A stretch of 64,000 nucleotides of DNA from Lentisphaerota bacterium. Its GTDB lineage: Bacteria > Verrucomicrobiota > Kiritimatiellia > RFP12 > JAAYNR01. The stretch covers positions 3,626 to 67,625 of the forward strand of contig VGWG01000003.1 of assembly GCA_016873675.1 (NCBI GenBank), given 5' to 3'. The position numbers and the translations under genes are program-made. The notes beneath the pieces are model-generated. The model was not told the DNA's origin. It saw nothing but the letters and a program-made list of their open reading frames with translations, and searched no databases. Below, one piece after another: positions 46,751 to 56,870 of the stretch (position 1 is the stretch's first letter; the number at the start of each line of letters is the position of its first letter).

Positions 46751-47194
46751 ATGCAGGATCCGGGAGCGGTTATCGAAGTGGATGAGACGGGCGAACCGAT
46801 CACGCGGGTGGATCTGCAGCTCGAACGGGAGAAAATCCAGCTCGAGCGTGAGCGAATGGCGCTGGAGCGCGAGAAGCTGGTGACCGAGCGCGAACGGTGG
46901 AAGCTGGAGGATGGCTGGCGGCAGGCCAGCGAACGGGTCGTTAAGATCCGGATGGGCACGGTGTTCTTGATCGGCGCCTGCTGCATACTCCTCGGCTATG
47001 TGATGGGCGGCATCTGGCTGGCCTCGCAGCAGGAGCATCTGCGCGAGAAACGCGAGGCCGTTGCCGCTCACCGGCGGCAGGAGCTGGTCCGGGCGTTGAG
47101 GGCCGACACCAACAGCGCCAGCCGCGCGGAAACGCTGCTCCAGACGCTTCAGGGACGCGACGGATCGGGCGGCATCCTGCTGTTCCTGGACTGA
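46751..47194 (+). CDS. Hypothetical single-TM protein with charged coiled coil
   Basis: LERE repeats and one hydrophobic helix; directly upstream of PMM gene. Confidence 0.6.
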   Translation: MQDPGAVIEVDETGEPITRVDLQLEREKIQLERERMALEREKLVTERERWKLEDGWRQASERVVKIRMGTVFLIGACCILLGYVMGGIWLASQQEHLREKREAVAAHRRQELVRALRADTNSASRAETLLQTLQGRDGSGGILLFLD

Positions 47195-47203
47195 GGGCGT
47201 ACC

Positions 47204-48568
47204 ATGAGCGCTTTCAAGGCCTACGACATCCGCGGGGTCTACGGCACCGACTTTGACGCAGAAACGGTCTACCGGATCGGACGCTGTCTGCCGGAGCTGC
47301 TGGGCGCGCGTCGGGTGTTGGTCGGGCGGGACGCGCGGCTGTCGTCGCCCGCCATGCGCGACGCCCTCGTCCGCGGCCTCACCGAGGCGGGATGCGCCGT
47401 CGATGATTTGGGGCTCAGCACCACGCCGATGGTCTATTATTTCACAGCCATCGACGGTTACGACGCCTCGGTGCAGATCACCGCGTCTCACAATCCGGCG
47501 GACTATAACGGTCTCAAAATCTCTCGGCGTGAGGCTGTCCCGGTGGGCTATGCCACCGGCCTGTGCGAGCTGGAGCGCCGGATTGGAGCGGCCGGTCTCC
47601 CGCCGCCGGCCGCGCAGCTTGGCGCGTACCGCCTGATCGACCGCACCGCCGCATTTCTTGCCTTCCTGCGGACCTGGCTGCCCGACCTTTCGGGGCTGCG
47701 GCTCGCGATCGATTGCTCCGACGGCATGGCGTCCCTGCTGGTCCATGAGCTGTTCGGCGACGGGACGGTCTATCTGAACGACACTCCCGACGGCCGGTTC
47801 CCTCACCATGCGCCCAATCCGCTGGAGATCGAGAACTGCGCGGCCCTCATGGCCGTGGTGAGGGCGCGCCACTGCGACGCGGGCGTGATTTTTGACGGCG
47901 ACGCCGACCGGGTGATGTTTATCGACGAAACGGGCGCATTCATCCAGCCCGACCTGCTGATTCCGATCATCGCGCGCCGTTTTCTCCGCGCCGAGCCCGG
48001 GGCGCGGGTGATCCACGACATCCGCACCTCGCGCGGCGTGATCGAGGCGCTTTGCGCCGACGGCGCCGAGCCGGTGATCGGCAAAGTGGGCCACGCCTTC
48101 GCCAAGGTCCTGCTGCGCGCCTGTGGCGCGGTATGCGGCGGCGAACTGGCGGGCCACTACTACTTTCGCGATTTCTGCTGGTGCGACTCGGGCGAGCTGG
48201 CCGCGCTCATCGTCCTGGGCCAGTTGGCGGCGGCCCGCCGTTGCGGCGAAACCTTCAGCGACCTCATCGCCCCCATCCGGCGTTACGCCACGACCGGCGA
48301 GGTCAACTTCCGCGTCGAGCGGAAAGACGACGCCATCCGCGCCGTGCGCGCCGCCGCCGAGTCGCACGGCCCGCCAACCACGGTCTATGACTTCGACGGG
48401 CTGCGCCTGGAGTTCCCCGCGTGGTGGATCAGCGTTCGGCCCTCCAACACCGAGCCCTACCTGCGGCTGATCATCGAGGCCGCGACGCCCGAAATGCTCG
48501 CCACCCGCCGCGCGGAGCTGGAGGCGGCGCTCGGGCCGTTTCTGTTGTCCCGCGCGGCTCAGGTGTGA
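47204..48568 (+). CDS. Phosphomannomutase/phosphoglucomutase
   Basis: FKAYDIRG, TASHNP, FDGDADR, GGELAGH, RPSNTEP. Confidence 0.94.
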   Translation: MSAFKAYDIRGVYGTDFDAETVYRIGRCLPELLGARRVLVGRDARLSSPAMRDALVRGLTEAGCAVDDLGLSTTPMVYYFTAIDGYDASVQITASHNPADYNGLKISRREAVPVGYATGLCELERRIGAAGLPPPAAQLGAYRLIDRTAAFLAFLRTWLPDLSGLRLAIDCSDGMASLLVHELFGDGTVYLNDTPDGRFPHHAPNPLEIENCAALMAVVRARHCDAGVIFDGDADRVMFIDETGAFIQPDLLIPIIARRFLRAEPGARVIHDIRTSRGVIEALCADGAEPVIGKVGHAFAKVLLRACGAVCGGELAGHYYFRDFCWCDSGELAALIVLGQLAAARRCGETFSDLIAPIRRYATTGEVNFRVERKDDAIRAVRAAAESHGPPTTVYDFDGLRLEFPAWWISVRPSNTEPYLRLIIEAATPEMLATRRAELEAALGPFLLSRAAQV

Positions 48569-48603
48569 CATACTACCCGGACTCTTTGCAAGGAGGCACG
48601 CTC

Positions 48604-50454
48604 ATGTCTGTGACAACCGTTTGGGATGACCTGATTCCGGTGCCGCGCCGCGTCGAGGCGCAGGCTGGCGTGTTCGCCGGGAACGGCGGGGTGATCGCGC
48701 TCAGTGGCCCGGTCGCCGAACTGCTGCCCGCGCTCCAGGCGTTGGAGGCGGACTTCGGTCCGGCGTGGCACCCGGCTGTCAATCCGCCGTCGGCCGACGT
48801 CCAGCGCGCCGCCGTTCGGATTGAGTGTCAGCCGGGCAGGCATCCAGCGCAGGGGTACGCGCTGCACATCGGCGTCGACTCGGTCACGATCGACGCCTCC
48901 GACGCGGCAGGGCTGTTTTATGCGGCAATGGCGCTGCGTCAGATGCGGCGGCTCACGGGCGGGGCGCTGCCCGCCTGCCGCATCACCGACCATCCCGACT
49001 TCCCTGTGCGCGGCGTGATGCTCGACATCAGCCGTGACAAGGTGCCGACGATGGCGACGCTGTTTGCGCTGGTGGATCGCCTCGCGGAGTGGCGTATCAA
49101 CCATCTGGAGCTCTACACCGAACACACGTTTGCCTATTCCGCCCATGCGGCGGTCTGGCAAGCCGCCAGCCCCATGACCGCCGAGGAAATCCGCAGTCTC
49201 GATGCCTATTGCAAAACGCGCTGCGTGGCACTGGTGCCCAACCAGAACTCGTTTGGCCATCTGGAACGGTGGCTCACGCATGATGCCTATCGTCCGCTGG
49301 CCGAGTGCCCGGACGGCGGCTTCCTGTTCCCGTGGTCCAAGACCCCGTGTCCGCACCCGTTCAGCCTGTGTCCAACCGACTCCGCGAGCGTGGCCTTCCT
49401 TCGCGGGCTCTACGCGGAGCTGCTGCCGCTGTTCACCGCGCCGCTGTTCAACGTCGGCTGTGACGAGACATGGGATGTCGGCTGCGGGCGGTCCCGTGAT
49501 CAGGCGGCGCGCATCGGGCGCGGGCGGGTCTATTTCGACTTCCTGCTGGAAATCCACAAGCTGGTTTCGGCGCACGGGCGCACGATGACCTTCTGGGGCG
49601 ACATCATCATCCATCATCCCGAGCTGGTGCCCGAGCTGCCGCGGGACGTCATCGCGCTGGAGTGGGGCTACGAGGCGGACCACCCCTATGCCGCGCATGG
49701 CGAGAAATTCGCGGCCGCAGGCATTCCGTTCTTCGTTTGTCCCGGCACCTCAGCGTGGAACAGTCTGGCGGGGCGCGTGACCAATGCCCGGGCGAATCTG
49801 GTGTCGGCGGCCGAGAACGGGCTCCGCCACGGCGCCTCGGGCTATCTGATCACCGACTGGGGGGACAACGGCCACTGGCAGACACTGCCCGTGAGCCTTC
49901 CGGGGTTCGTGACGGGCGCGGCGGTCTCGTGGTGTCTGGCCGCCAACCGGAACCTGAATCTGGCGGCCGTGCTCGACCGTCAGGTCTTTCAAGACGCCGC
50001 CGGCGCGCTCGGCCGGGTGACGCTCGACTTGGGCGATGCCTACCTGCGCTGCGGCCGGCAGCTCTCCAACAGCACCGAGCTGTTTCACATTCTCTGCAAC
50101 GGACGCGACCGGCAGCCGGGGGCGGGTGTCACCGATGCCACCTTGGCGGTGGTGGCCGAAACGGCCGCCCGCGCCGCCGCCGCCGTCGAGCAGGCGCGGT
50201 GCGCGGCACCCGACGCGCACGCGATGGAAGAGGAGCTGCGCCAATCGGCGCATCTCGTGGCCCATGCCGCCTCGCGCGGCCGCGTTCTGCTTGCAGGCAC
50301 GCTGACCGACGCATCCACGCGCACCGCACTGCGCCGCGACTGGGAGGCGCTCGTCGCCGGGCACAGCCGCGTGTGGCTCGGGCGCAACCGTCCCGGCGGC
50401 CTTGCCGATAGCCTCGCCCGGTTTGACCGGGCGGGCGGAGACTATGCCCCATGA
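48604..50454 (+). CDS. Glycoside hydrolase family 20 (beta-N-acetylhexosaminidase-like)
   Basis: DHPDFPVRGVMLDISR, SFGH, NVGCDE, TDWGD; SD AAGGAGG before ATG 48604. Confidence 0.9.
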   Translation: MSVTTVWDDLIPVPRRVEAQAGVFAGNGGVIALSGPVAELLPALQALEADFGPAWHPAVNPPSADVQRAAVRIECQPGRHPAQGYALHIGVDSVTIDASDAAGLFYAAMALRQMRRLTGGALPACRITDHPDFPVRGVMLDISRDKVPTMATLFALVDRLAEWRINHLELYTEHTFAYSAHAAVWQAASPMTAEEIRSLDAYCKTRCVALVPNQNSFGHLERWLTHDAYRPLAECPDGGFLFPWSKTPCPHPFSLCPTDSASVAFLRGLYAELLPLFTAPLFNVGCDETWDVGCGRSRDQAARIGRGRVYFDFLLEIHKLVSAHGRTMTFWGDIIIHHPELVPELPRDVIALEWGYEADHPYAAHGEKFAAAGIPFFVCPGTSAWNSLAGRVTNARANLVSAAENGLRHGASGYLITDWGDNGHWQTLPVSLPGFVTGAAVSWCLAANRNLNLAAVLDRQVFQDAAGALGRVTLDLGDAYLRCGRQLSNSTELFHILCNGRDRQPGAGVTDATLAVVAETAARAAAAVEQARCAAPDAHAMEEELRQSAHLVAHAASRGRVLLAGTLTDASTRTALRRDWEALVAGHSRVWLGRNRPGGLADSLARFDRAGGDYAP

Positions 50455-52388
50455 TTCCGTACGAAAAAATCCTCAATCCCGAGCAGCGGCAGGCCGCGAC
50501 CGCTGGCGACGGCCCGATGCTCGTGCTAGCTGCCGCTGGCACGGGCAAGACCCACACCATCGTCTATCGCGTGGCCTATCTCCTCGAGCGGGGCGTGCCG
50601 CCGGATGCGATTTTGCTGCTGACCTTCACCAACCGCGCCGCACTGGAGATGCTCGAACGGGCGCGGACGGTGTGCGGCGACGCCGTCGGCGGCGTCTGGA
50701 GCGGCACCTTCCACCATGTGTGCAATCGCTTCCTGCGCCGCTATGCCGACCGGCTCGGCTTCCGCAACGACTTTACCATTCTGGATCGCGACGACGCCCG
50801 TTCGCTGATTGAAGGCTGCGTGAAGGAGCTGCGTATCCAGTCGAAGGACTTTCCAAAAAAGGATGTGCTCGCCAGCTTGTTCAGCAACGCCGCCAGCCGG
50901 GGTCTGGCCATCGGTGACGTGATTGACGAGAACCTCGAGGCGCTGCGGGTGGACGTCGCCGACATCATCCGCGTCGGCGAGGCGTACGCAGCCCGGAAAG
51001 TCGGTTTGCAGGCCATGGACTTTGATGATCTGCTGACCCACGGGCTGCGGCTCCTCACCGAGCATGCCGACATCTGCAGGGGCTATCAGGAGCGATTTGA
51101 GCACATTCTGGTCGACGAATATCAGGACACCAACGGCCCGCAGGCGAAGCTGGTGGATCTGCTCGCCGCGCAGCGGCGCAACGTCATGGCCGTCGGCGAC
51201 GACTTTCAGTGCATCTACTCCTGGCGCGGCGCCGACTTCCGGAACATCATGGATTTTCCCAAACGCTACCCGTCGTGCGCGCTCGTCACGCTCGAGCGCA
51301 ACTACCGCAGCGGGCCGGAAATTCTGGCGGTGGCCAATGCGTGCATTGCGAGGAACCCCGACCAGTTTCAAAAAGTGCTCCGGGCGACGCGGCCCGAGCG
51401 GGCCAAGCCGCGGGTGCTCCGGCTGCGCGACGGCAACGAACAAGCCGATGCGGTGATCCGGCTGATCCGCCGCTACCGCGACGACGGCTACCGCTTCGCC
51501 GATATGGTTGTGCTCTATCGCGCCCATTTCCATTCGATCGAATTGCAGGTTGCCTTGGGGCGCGCGGGCATTGCCTGCCGGATCACCTCGGGCGTGGGGG
51601 TGTTTGAGCAGGCGCACGTCAAAGACGTGCTGGCGATGCTGCGGGTCTGCGCGCGTCCCGATGACCGCCTGGGCTTTGATCGCCTCCTGGGGATGCTGCG
51701 CGGCGTGGGCATCAAGACACTGGATGGCTGGTGGGCCAAGCTCGGCGAGCGATTCGACGCCGCCAACCCGGCGCAGCGCCAGACGCTGGCGGCGCTGATG
51801 CGGCCGTCTATGCGTGGCGAGTGGGAGCCGATCGAGAGGCTTCTCGCGGAGTACCACGACGAGGGACTCGCTTCCAACGGCGGGGAGTTGATCGAGCGGT
51901 TTTATGAGCGGTTCTACAAGACGTACCTGGCCCGCACCTACGAATTCGCCGACCGCCGCGCCGAGGATATCCGGGAACTCGAGGTCCAGATCATGCGCGC
52001 AGCCAGTGTGCCTGCCTTTCTCTCGGAGGTGGCGCTGCTGACCAATGTGGATCACGAGTACAACCGCCGGAATCGCGGCGAAGAAGAGGATGCGGTGCAA
52101 CTCGGCACGGTCCATCAGGCCAAGGGGCTGGAGTGGCCGGTGGTCTTTGTGATCTGGGCCACCGAGGGGATGTTTCCCTCGAGCCGCACCTTGGACGATC
52201 CGGGTGGCGATGCCGAAGAGCGCCGGCTCTTCTACGTCGCCGTGACCCGCGCCCGCGACGAGCTGGTGCTCGCCGTTCCTGAGATCCGCCGCACCCGCGA
52301 CGGCGGCATGTTTTTCTGCAAGCCCTCGCGGTTCATCAGCGAACTGCCGCGCGGACTCGTTCGGGAGTCTTTTGGCACCCGGATCTAG
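50451..52388 (+). CDS. UvrD/PcrA family ATP-dependent DNA helicase
   Basis: AAAGTGKT, TFTN, VDEYQD, GDDFQCIYSWRGA, NYRS, TVHQAKGLEW, ERRLFYVAVTRAR. Confidence 0.94.
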   Translation: MIPYEKILNPEQRQAATAGDGPMLVLAAAGTGKTHTIVYRVAYLLERGVPPDAILLLTFTNRAALEMLERARTVCGDAVGGVWSGTFHHVCNRFLRRYADRLGFRNDFTILDRDDARSLIEGCVKELRIQSKDFPKKDVLASLFSNAASRGLAIGDVIDENLEALRVDVADIIRVGEAYAARKVGLQAMDFDDLLTHGLRLLTEHADICRGYQERFEHILVDEYQDTNGPQAKLVDLLAAQRRNVMAVGDDFQCIYSWRGADFRNIMDFPKRYPSCALVTLERNYRSGPEILAVANACIARNPDQFQKVLRATRPERAKPRVLRLRDGNEQADAVIRLIRRYRDDGYRFADMVVLYRAHFHSIELQVALGRAGIACRITSGVGVFEQAHVKDVLAMLRVCARPDDRLGFDRLLGMLRGVGIKTLDGWWAKLGERFDAANPAQRQTLAALMRPSMRGEWEPIERLLAEYHDEGLASNGGELIERFYERFYKTYLARTYEFADRRAEDIRELEVQIMRAASVPAFLSEVALLTNVDHEYNRRNRGEEEDAVQLGTVHQAKGLEWPVVFVIWATEGMFPSSRTLDDPGGDAEERRLFYVAVTRARDELVLAVPEIRRTRDGGMFFCKPSRFISELPRGLVRESFGTRI

Positions 52389-52414
52389 ACGATGTTCACT
52401 CTGGAGGATTACCC

Positions 52415-53329
52415 ATGCACTATCCCGACATTGCTACCCTCAACACCCGTTACGGCGCGCGGGGCAGGATCGCGTTCCGCGCGAGCGAGAAGGGACTGCC
52501 CATCGCCGCGCTTGCCGGCGTCACCGGCTCGTGCGAGGTCTCGCTCTATGGTGGCCACGTCCTCTCCTACCGGCCGGCCGGACACCTGCCGGTCTTGTTC
52601 ATGAGCAAGTCCTCACGGTTCGAACCCGGAAAACCGATCCGAGGTGGAATACCGGTCTGCTGGCCGTGGTTCGGCCCGCATCCGGTCGATCCCTCCCTGC
52701 CCGCGCACGGCTTTGCCCGGATCGTCCCGTGGCGGCTCGCGGCGACGGAATACACCTCGCGCAGCGCCGAGATTCGGCTGGCGCTGGACGACACCGACCA
52801 AACCCGCGTCTGGTGGCCTCACCGTTTTTCCCTCACGCTCCGCGTCGCGCTCGAGAATGCGCTCAAGGTGGAGCTGACCACCCGCAACAACGACACCCAC
52901 CCCTTTACGGTGAGTGAGGCCTTGCACAGCTATTTCGGGGTGAGGCAGATTATGGACGTGACCGTGCGGGGACTCGAGGGGGCGGCGTTTACCGACGCGG
53001 TCACCGGCACCGCCGGATGCCCGCAGGAAACGCCGCTGGTGATCCGACAGGAGGTGGATCGCGTCTATACCGACACCGAGGCGGAGTGCGTCATTGACGA
53101 TGCCGGCTTGGAGCGGCAGATTGTCGTGACCAAGCGGGGCAGCCGCACGACCGTCGTCTGGAACCCATGGATCGACAAGGCGAAGCGGATGCCCGACTTC
53201 GGTGATGATGAGTACACGCGCATGATCTGCGTCGAGACCGCCAACGCGCGAGGAAACGCCCTCTCCCTGGAACCCGGCGAATCCCATACCCTCGTCACAA
53301 CGATTTCGGCCGATGCGAAGGCGGAGTGA
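52415..53329 (+). CDS. D-hexose-6-phosphate mutarotase (YeaD-like)
   Basis: IRGGIPVCWPWFG, HGFAR, ALHSYF, VVWNPW, ICVE. Confidence 0.92.
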   Translation: MHYPDIATLNTRYGARGRIAFRASEKGLPIAALAGVTGSCEVSLYGGHVLSYRPAGHLPVLFMSKSSRFEPGKPIRGGIPVCWPWFGPHPVDPSLPAHGFARIVPWRLAATEYTSRSAEIRLALDDTDQTRVWWPHRFSLTLRVALENALKVELTTRNNDTHPFTVSEALHSYFGVRQIMDVTVRGLEGAAFTDAVTGTAGCPQETPLVIRQEVDRVYTDTEAECVIDDAGLERQIVVTKRGSRTTVVWNPWIDKAKRMPDFGDDEYTRMICVETANARGNALSLEPGESHTLVTTISADAKAE

Positions 53330-53330
53330 C

Positions 53331-54830
53331 CTACAGCGCCGGGCTCATGAGATTGAAGAAGTTTTCGAGGTAATGGGCGTAGCGCGGCCGCGCGCGCCAG
53401 GCCGCGAGGGTGATTTCATCGGCGCGGGCAAAGTCGTCCAGCAGGGTCTGCTTGAGCCGCGCGGCAAATTCCGGATCGAACGCCACGAGCGTGGTTTCGT
53501 AGCTAAGCCGCAGACTGCGCGCGTCGAGGTTGGCGCTGCCGATGAGCGCGATCCGGCCATCAACCACCAGCGCCTTGGCATGGATGAACGGCGGGCGGCG
53601 CAGGAAGAGACGCACCCCGGAAAGCAGCAGCTCGTCATAGGACGCGCGGGCGGCCCAGTCCACCGACGGATGGTTGTTGACCGCCGGGAGGAGCACCTTG
53701 ACGGCGACGCCGCGGAGGGCGGCGGCACGAAACGCCCGCCTCAAATCTTCGGAGAGTACCAGGTAGGGCGTAACCACCAGCACTTGATGGCGGGCGGTTC
53801 CGAGCAAGGTGAACAGGGCGTCCACCAGCGGCTGCTCGATGGCATTGGGGCTGGCGTTGAGCAATCGCAGAGGCGTCTTCCCGGCAGCCTCAGACTGAGG
53901 GAAATGTCCGGGGACCAACAGCGCGCGGGCGTCCTCGTCGCACATGTAGAACCAATCGCGCAGGAAGGTGTATTGCAGTTCCAGCACGGCGGGACCGCAG
54001 ACGCGGAAATGATAGTCGTGGATCGCCTCGCGGCGCGATCCCGGAAGGTAGACATCGTGAAAATTGACGCCGCCCAGAAAGCCAACCCGGCCATCAATAA
54101 TCAGATTCTTGCGGTGGTTGCGCAGATTGAGCTGAAACTGCCGTTTGATGAGATTGGCCTGGGTGAAACCGACGCAACGCATGTTGGGAACGCGGCTGTA
54201 CCGGCGGAAAAGCCCGGTGAGGTAGGCCGCCCGCGAGCCGTACTGGTCAAACAGCACCCGCACCTGGATACCCGTCCGCGCCTGATCGGCGAGACGGTCC
54301 AGCAGGGCGCGCCCGACGGCGTCACGGCCGATGATGTACGACTGCACATGGATGTGGTGGCGGGCGGCGGCGATCGCCTTGAACATGGCATCGAGCGCCA
54401 GACCGCCGTCCGCGATGACCTCGACCGCGTTGCCGCCGAGCAGTGGATGATCGTGTGCGACGCGGTCGAGGATGGTGTTGACCGCCGCCTCTGCGGAATC
54501 CGGCGCCAGCGGCGGACAGCACCCGGCGCGCAACGCGCGCCAATAGGCCAGCGGCTGTTCCTCCTGCTCGGTCTGAGAGCGGGTCGAGCCGAACCGCACG
54601 TCCGAACGTAGCTTGTGCCAGCCGCGTCGGGGCACGTGGTTGATGCCAAAAGCCAGATAAGTGAGCGGCCCGACAATTGGGAAAAGGCCGGTGACGAACA
54701 GCCACAGCAGCGTCGAGCGGGGTTCGCGCGGCAGCCGCAGACAATGCGCGGCGACCATCAGGAACGCCAGAATGTGGAGCAATGTTCCCAGTTCGAGCGA
54801 CGGCACGTGTTCCATATTTGACAGATTCAT
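53331..54830 (-). CDS. cls: Cardiolipin synthase
   Basis: PLDc N-terminal TMs; two HKD motifs (RNHRKNLIIDG, HAKALVVDG). Confidence 0.9.
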   Translation of the reverse strand: MNLSNMEHVPSLELGTLLHILAFLMVAAHCLRLPREPRSTLLWLFVTGLFPIVGPLTYLAFGINHVPRRGWHKLRSDVRFGSTRSQTEQEEQPLAYWRALRAGCCPPLAPDSAEAAVNTILDRVAHDHPLLGGNAVEVIADGGLALDAMFKAIAAARHHIHVQSYIIGRDAVGRALLDRLADQARTGIQVRVLFDQYGSRAAYLTGLFRRYSRVPNMRCVGFTQANLIKRQFQLNLRNHRKNLIIDGRVGFLGGVNFHDVYLPGSRREAIHDYHFRVCGPAVLELQYTFLRDWFYMCDEDARALLVPGHFPQSEAAGKTPLRLLNASPNAIEQPLVDALFTLLGTARHQVLVVTPYLVLSEDLRRAFRAAALRGVAVKVLLPAVNNHPSVDWAARASYDELLLSGVRLFLRRPPFIHAKALVVDGRIALIGSANLDARSLRLSYETTLVAFDPEFAARLKQTLLDDFARADEITLAAWRARPRYAHYLENFFNLMSPAL

Positions 54831-55237
54831 GCCCGGTCCTCCGCAGCGTCAAGCGACAAGTCGCCCGCAATCTTCCAGACTGCACCGTCGCGAATCAGGC
54901 TGAGTTTCCGCCCTGGAAAGGCTTCGGGGAGGCGCGCGCGGAGGCGCGTGATCGCCTCCTGCTCAATGGTTGCGCGATCAGCGGCGCTCACCGGCTCCAG
55001 CGTGGAAAACCCGATCGTGAGCACATAGCCTGGCCCGACCTCCGATCCGAAGCCGGCCGTGAAGTTGGCGGTGATGCGGAAGAGCCCGTCATACTGCCGA
55101 TTGCCCGTTGCACCGTTGGCTGGCCGGACCGGGTGCAGGTTGTACAGCTCGCCGAAACGCGCCTCCAACTCCTGATCCACCTCCTGCAAGATCGCATCCA
55201 ACCGCCGTTCCCATTCCTCTACCAAAGGATGTCGCAT
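54827..55237 (-). CDS. Conserved hypothetical protein
   Basis: LHPVRP..G.TGN.QYDGLF; 4-nt overlap with cls; start 55237 or 55249. Confidence 0.65.
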   Translation of the reverse strand: MRHPLVEEWERRLDAILQEVDQELEARFGELYNLHPVRPANGATGNRQYDGLFRITANFTAGFGSEVGPGYVLTIGFSTLEPVSAADRATIEQEAITRLRARLPEAFPGRKLSLIRDGAVWKIAGDLSLDAAEDRA

Positions 55238-55470
55238 AGTGTCTACCATTATAACCCAGCCCGCCAGCCAGCAGCCCGTGTTGCACGGGATGCTGGCTAG
55301 CGGGACCGCGAAATCGCGGACATCGGAGATACGCAAATAATAGCAAAATTTTTCCATCTCTTGTGAAATTTGTGCCTCCTCGACGTTTGATGTTTGGCAG
55401 ACTCATTGCCTCTACCCTGGGGGCATTTACTTTGACAAGCCACCCAAAATAAATTGGATTGCAATGGGAG

Positions 55471-55500
55471 TTGACAACGATGGGGGGCTATCTGTATGCT
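55471..55500 (+). promoter_or_regulatory. Sigma70 promoter TTGACA-18-TATGCT for the nusA operon
   Basis: Near-consensus boxes in AT-rich intergenic region. Confidence 0.7.
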
Positions 55501-55532
55501 TATCAAGCCCGTTAATAGTGGACTGTAATAAC

Positions 55533-55558
55533 GAGTGGGGTCCACCCACTCTTTTTTA
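55533..55558 (+). terminator. Leader attenuator hairpin (rimP-leader-like) upstream of nusA
   Basis: GAGTGGG-gtcca-CCCACTC-TTTTTT between promoter and nusA. Confidence 0.75.
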
Positions 55559-55609
55559 TTGGAAGCCCGATCCCCTTGACCGGGTTCTTTGAAAGCAGGT
55601 TGAACGGCC

Positions 55610-56866
55610 ATGAACAACGAATTGTTGACCGTGATCAGTTACTTGGAGCGCGACCGCGGAGTCGACCGAGAAGTCATCATTCATGCTATTGAGTCGGCGC
55701 TGCAGCAGGCCGGTCGGAAGGGCTTGTCCGGAACAGGCGATACCCGCGTCCAGATTGATCGCAAGACGTTCGAAATCAGGACGTTCGAGATGTGTACGGT
55801 GTCGGATATGGAGATTGGCCACGGTTTTGTCACCCTCCGCCGCGCCCGTGAGATCAACCCCGCCGCGCAACCCGGTGACACCATCGAGGTGGAGGGTCCG
55901 GCGGGCAAACTGGGCCGCATTGCGGCCCAGACCGCGCGCCAGATGATCGTGCAGAAACTCCGACAAGCCGAGCGGGAGAATGTGTTTGATGAATTTAAGG
56001 ACCGGATCGGCGACATTGTCAGCGGCTCGGTTCGCCAGATCATCCACCGCGACCTGATTGTCGAGCTCGGTAAGGTCGAGGCGATCATCCCGGGCAAGGA
56101 GCGGATACCCACGGAGGAGTATCAGGTCGGCGACCGCATCCGTGCCTATGTCCATAGCGTCCAGACCAATGCCAACGGCCCCGCCGTGATTCTCTCCCGC
56201 GCCTGCCCCGAGTTCGTCAAGGCGCTTTTTCGGCTGGAGGTCTCGGAAATCGCCGATGGCATCGTCGAAGTGATGGGCGTGGCCCGCGATCCCGGCTACC
56301 GTAGCAAGATCGCGGTCCGTTCGCACGATGAGAAGGTTGACCCGGTCGGCGCGTGCGTCGGCCTCCGCGGCAACCGCGTCAAGAACATCGTCCGAGAGCT
56401 CTCGGGCGAAAAGCTCGATATTGTCCGCTGGCACGAGGACATCCGCCAGTTCGTGACCCAGGCGCTCGCGCCCGCGCATCTTTCGGAAATCACCATCGAT
56501 CCGAACCTGCCGTCAACTGTGGCGATCCTCGTGGAACCCGACCAGCTGTCGCTGGCGATCGGTCGGCATGGCCAGAACGTCCGGCTGGCGTCGCGCCTGA
56601 CCGGCTGGCGCATCGACATTCAGAAGCGCGAGGCGGCCGAGTCCTTCGAAGAGCAGGTGACCCACGCCATCGATGCGCTGGCCGCGATTCCCGGTATTTC
56701 CCGCGAGGACGCCGATCTACTGGTGACGAACGGATTCCTGACGGCCGACGGCATCCTGACCACCGAGATCCCCTATATTATGGAAGTAACCGGTTTGGAC
56801 GAAACCAACGCCAAGCGCATCTGGGAGGCCGCCGCGGCCACCGCATCCGGAGAGGACGGCGAATAA
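55610..56866 (+). CDS. nusA: Transcription termination factor NusA
   Basis: GRIAAQTARQ, S1 and KH domains, DPVGACVG, LAIGRHGQNVRLA. Confidence 0.97.
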   Translation: MNNELLTVISYLERDRGVDREVIIHAIESALQQAGRKGLSGTGDTRVQIDRKTFEIRTFEMCTVSDMEIGHGFVTLRRAREINPAAQPGDTIEVEGPAGKLGRIAAQTARQMIVQKLRQAERENVFDEFKDRIGDIVSGSVRQIIHRDLIVELGKVEAIIPGKERIPTEEYQVGDRIRAYVHSVQTNANGPAVILSRACPEFVKALFRLEVSEIADGIVEVMGVARDPGYRSKIAVRSHDEKVDPVGACVGLRGNRVKNIVRELSGEKLDIVRWHEDIRQFVTQALAPAHLSEITIDPNLPSTVAILVEPDQLSLAIGRHGQNVRLASRLTGWRIDIQKREAAESFEEQVTHAIDALAAIPGISREDADLLVTNGFLTADGILTTEIPYIMEVTGLDETNAKRIWEAAAATASGEDGE

Positions 56867-56870
56867 GACG

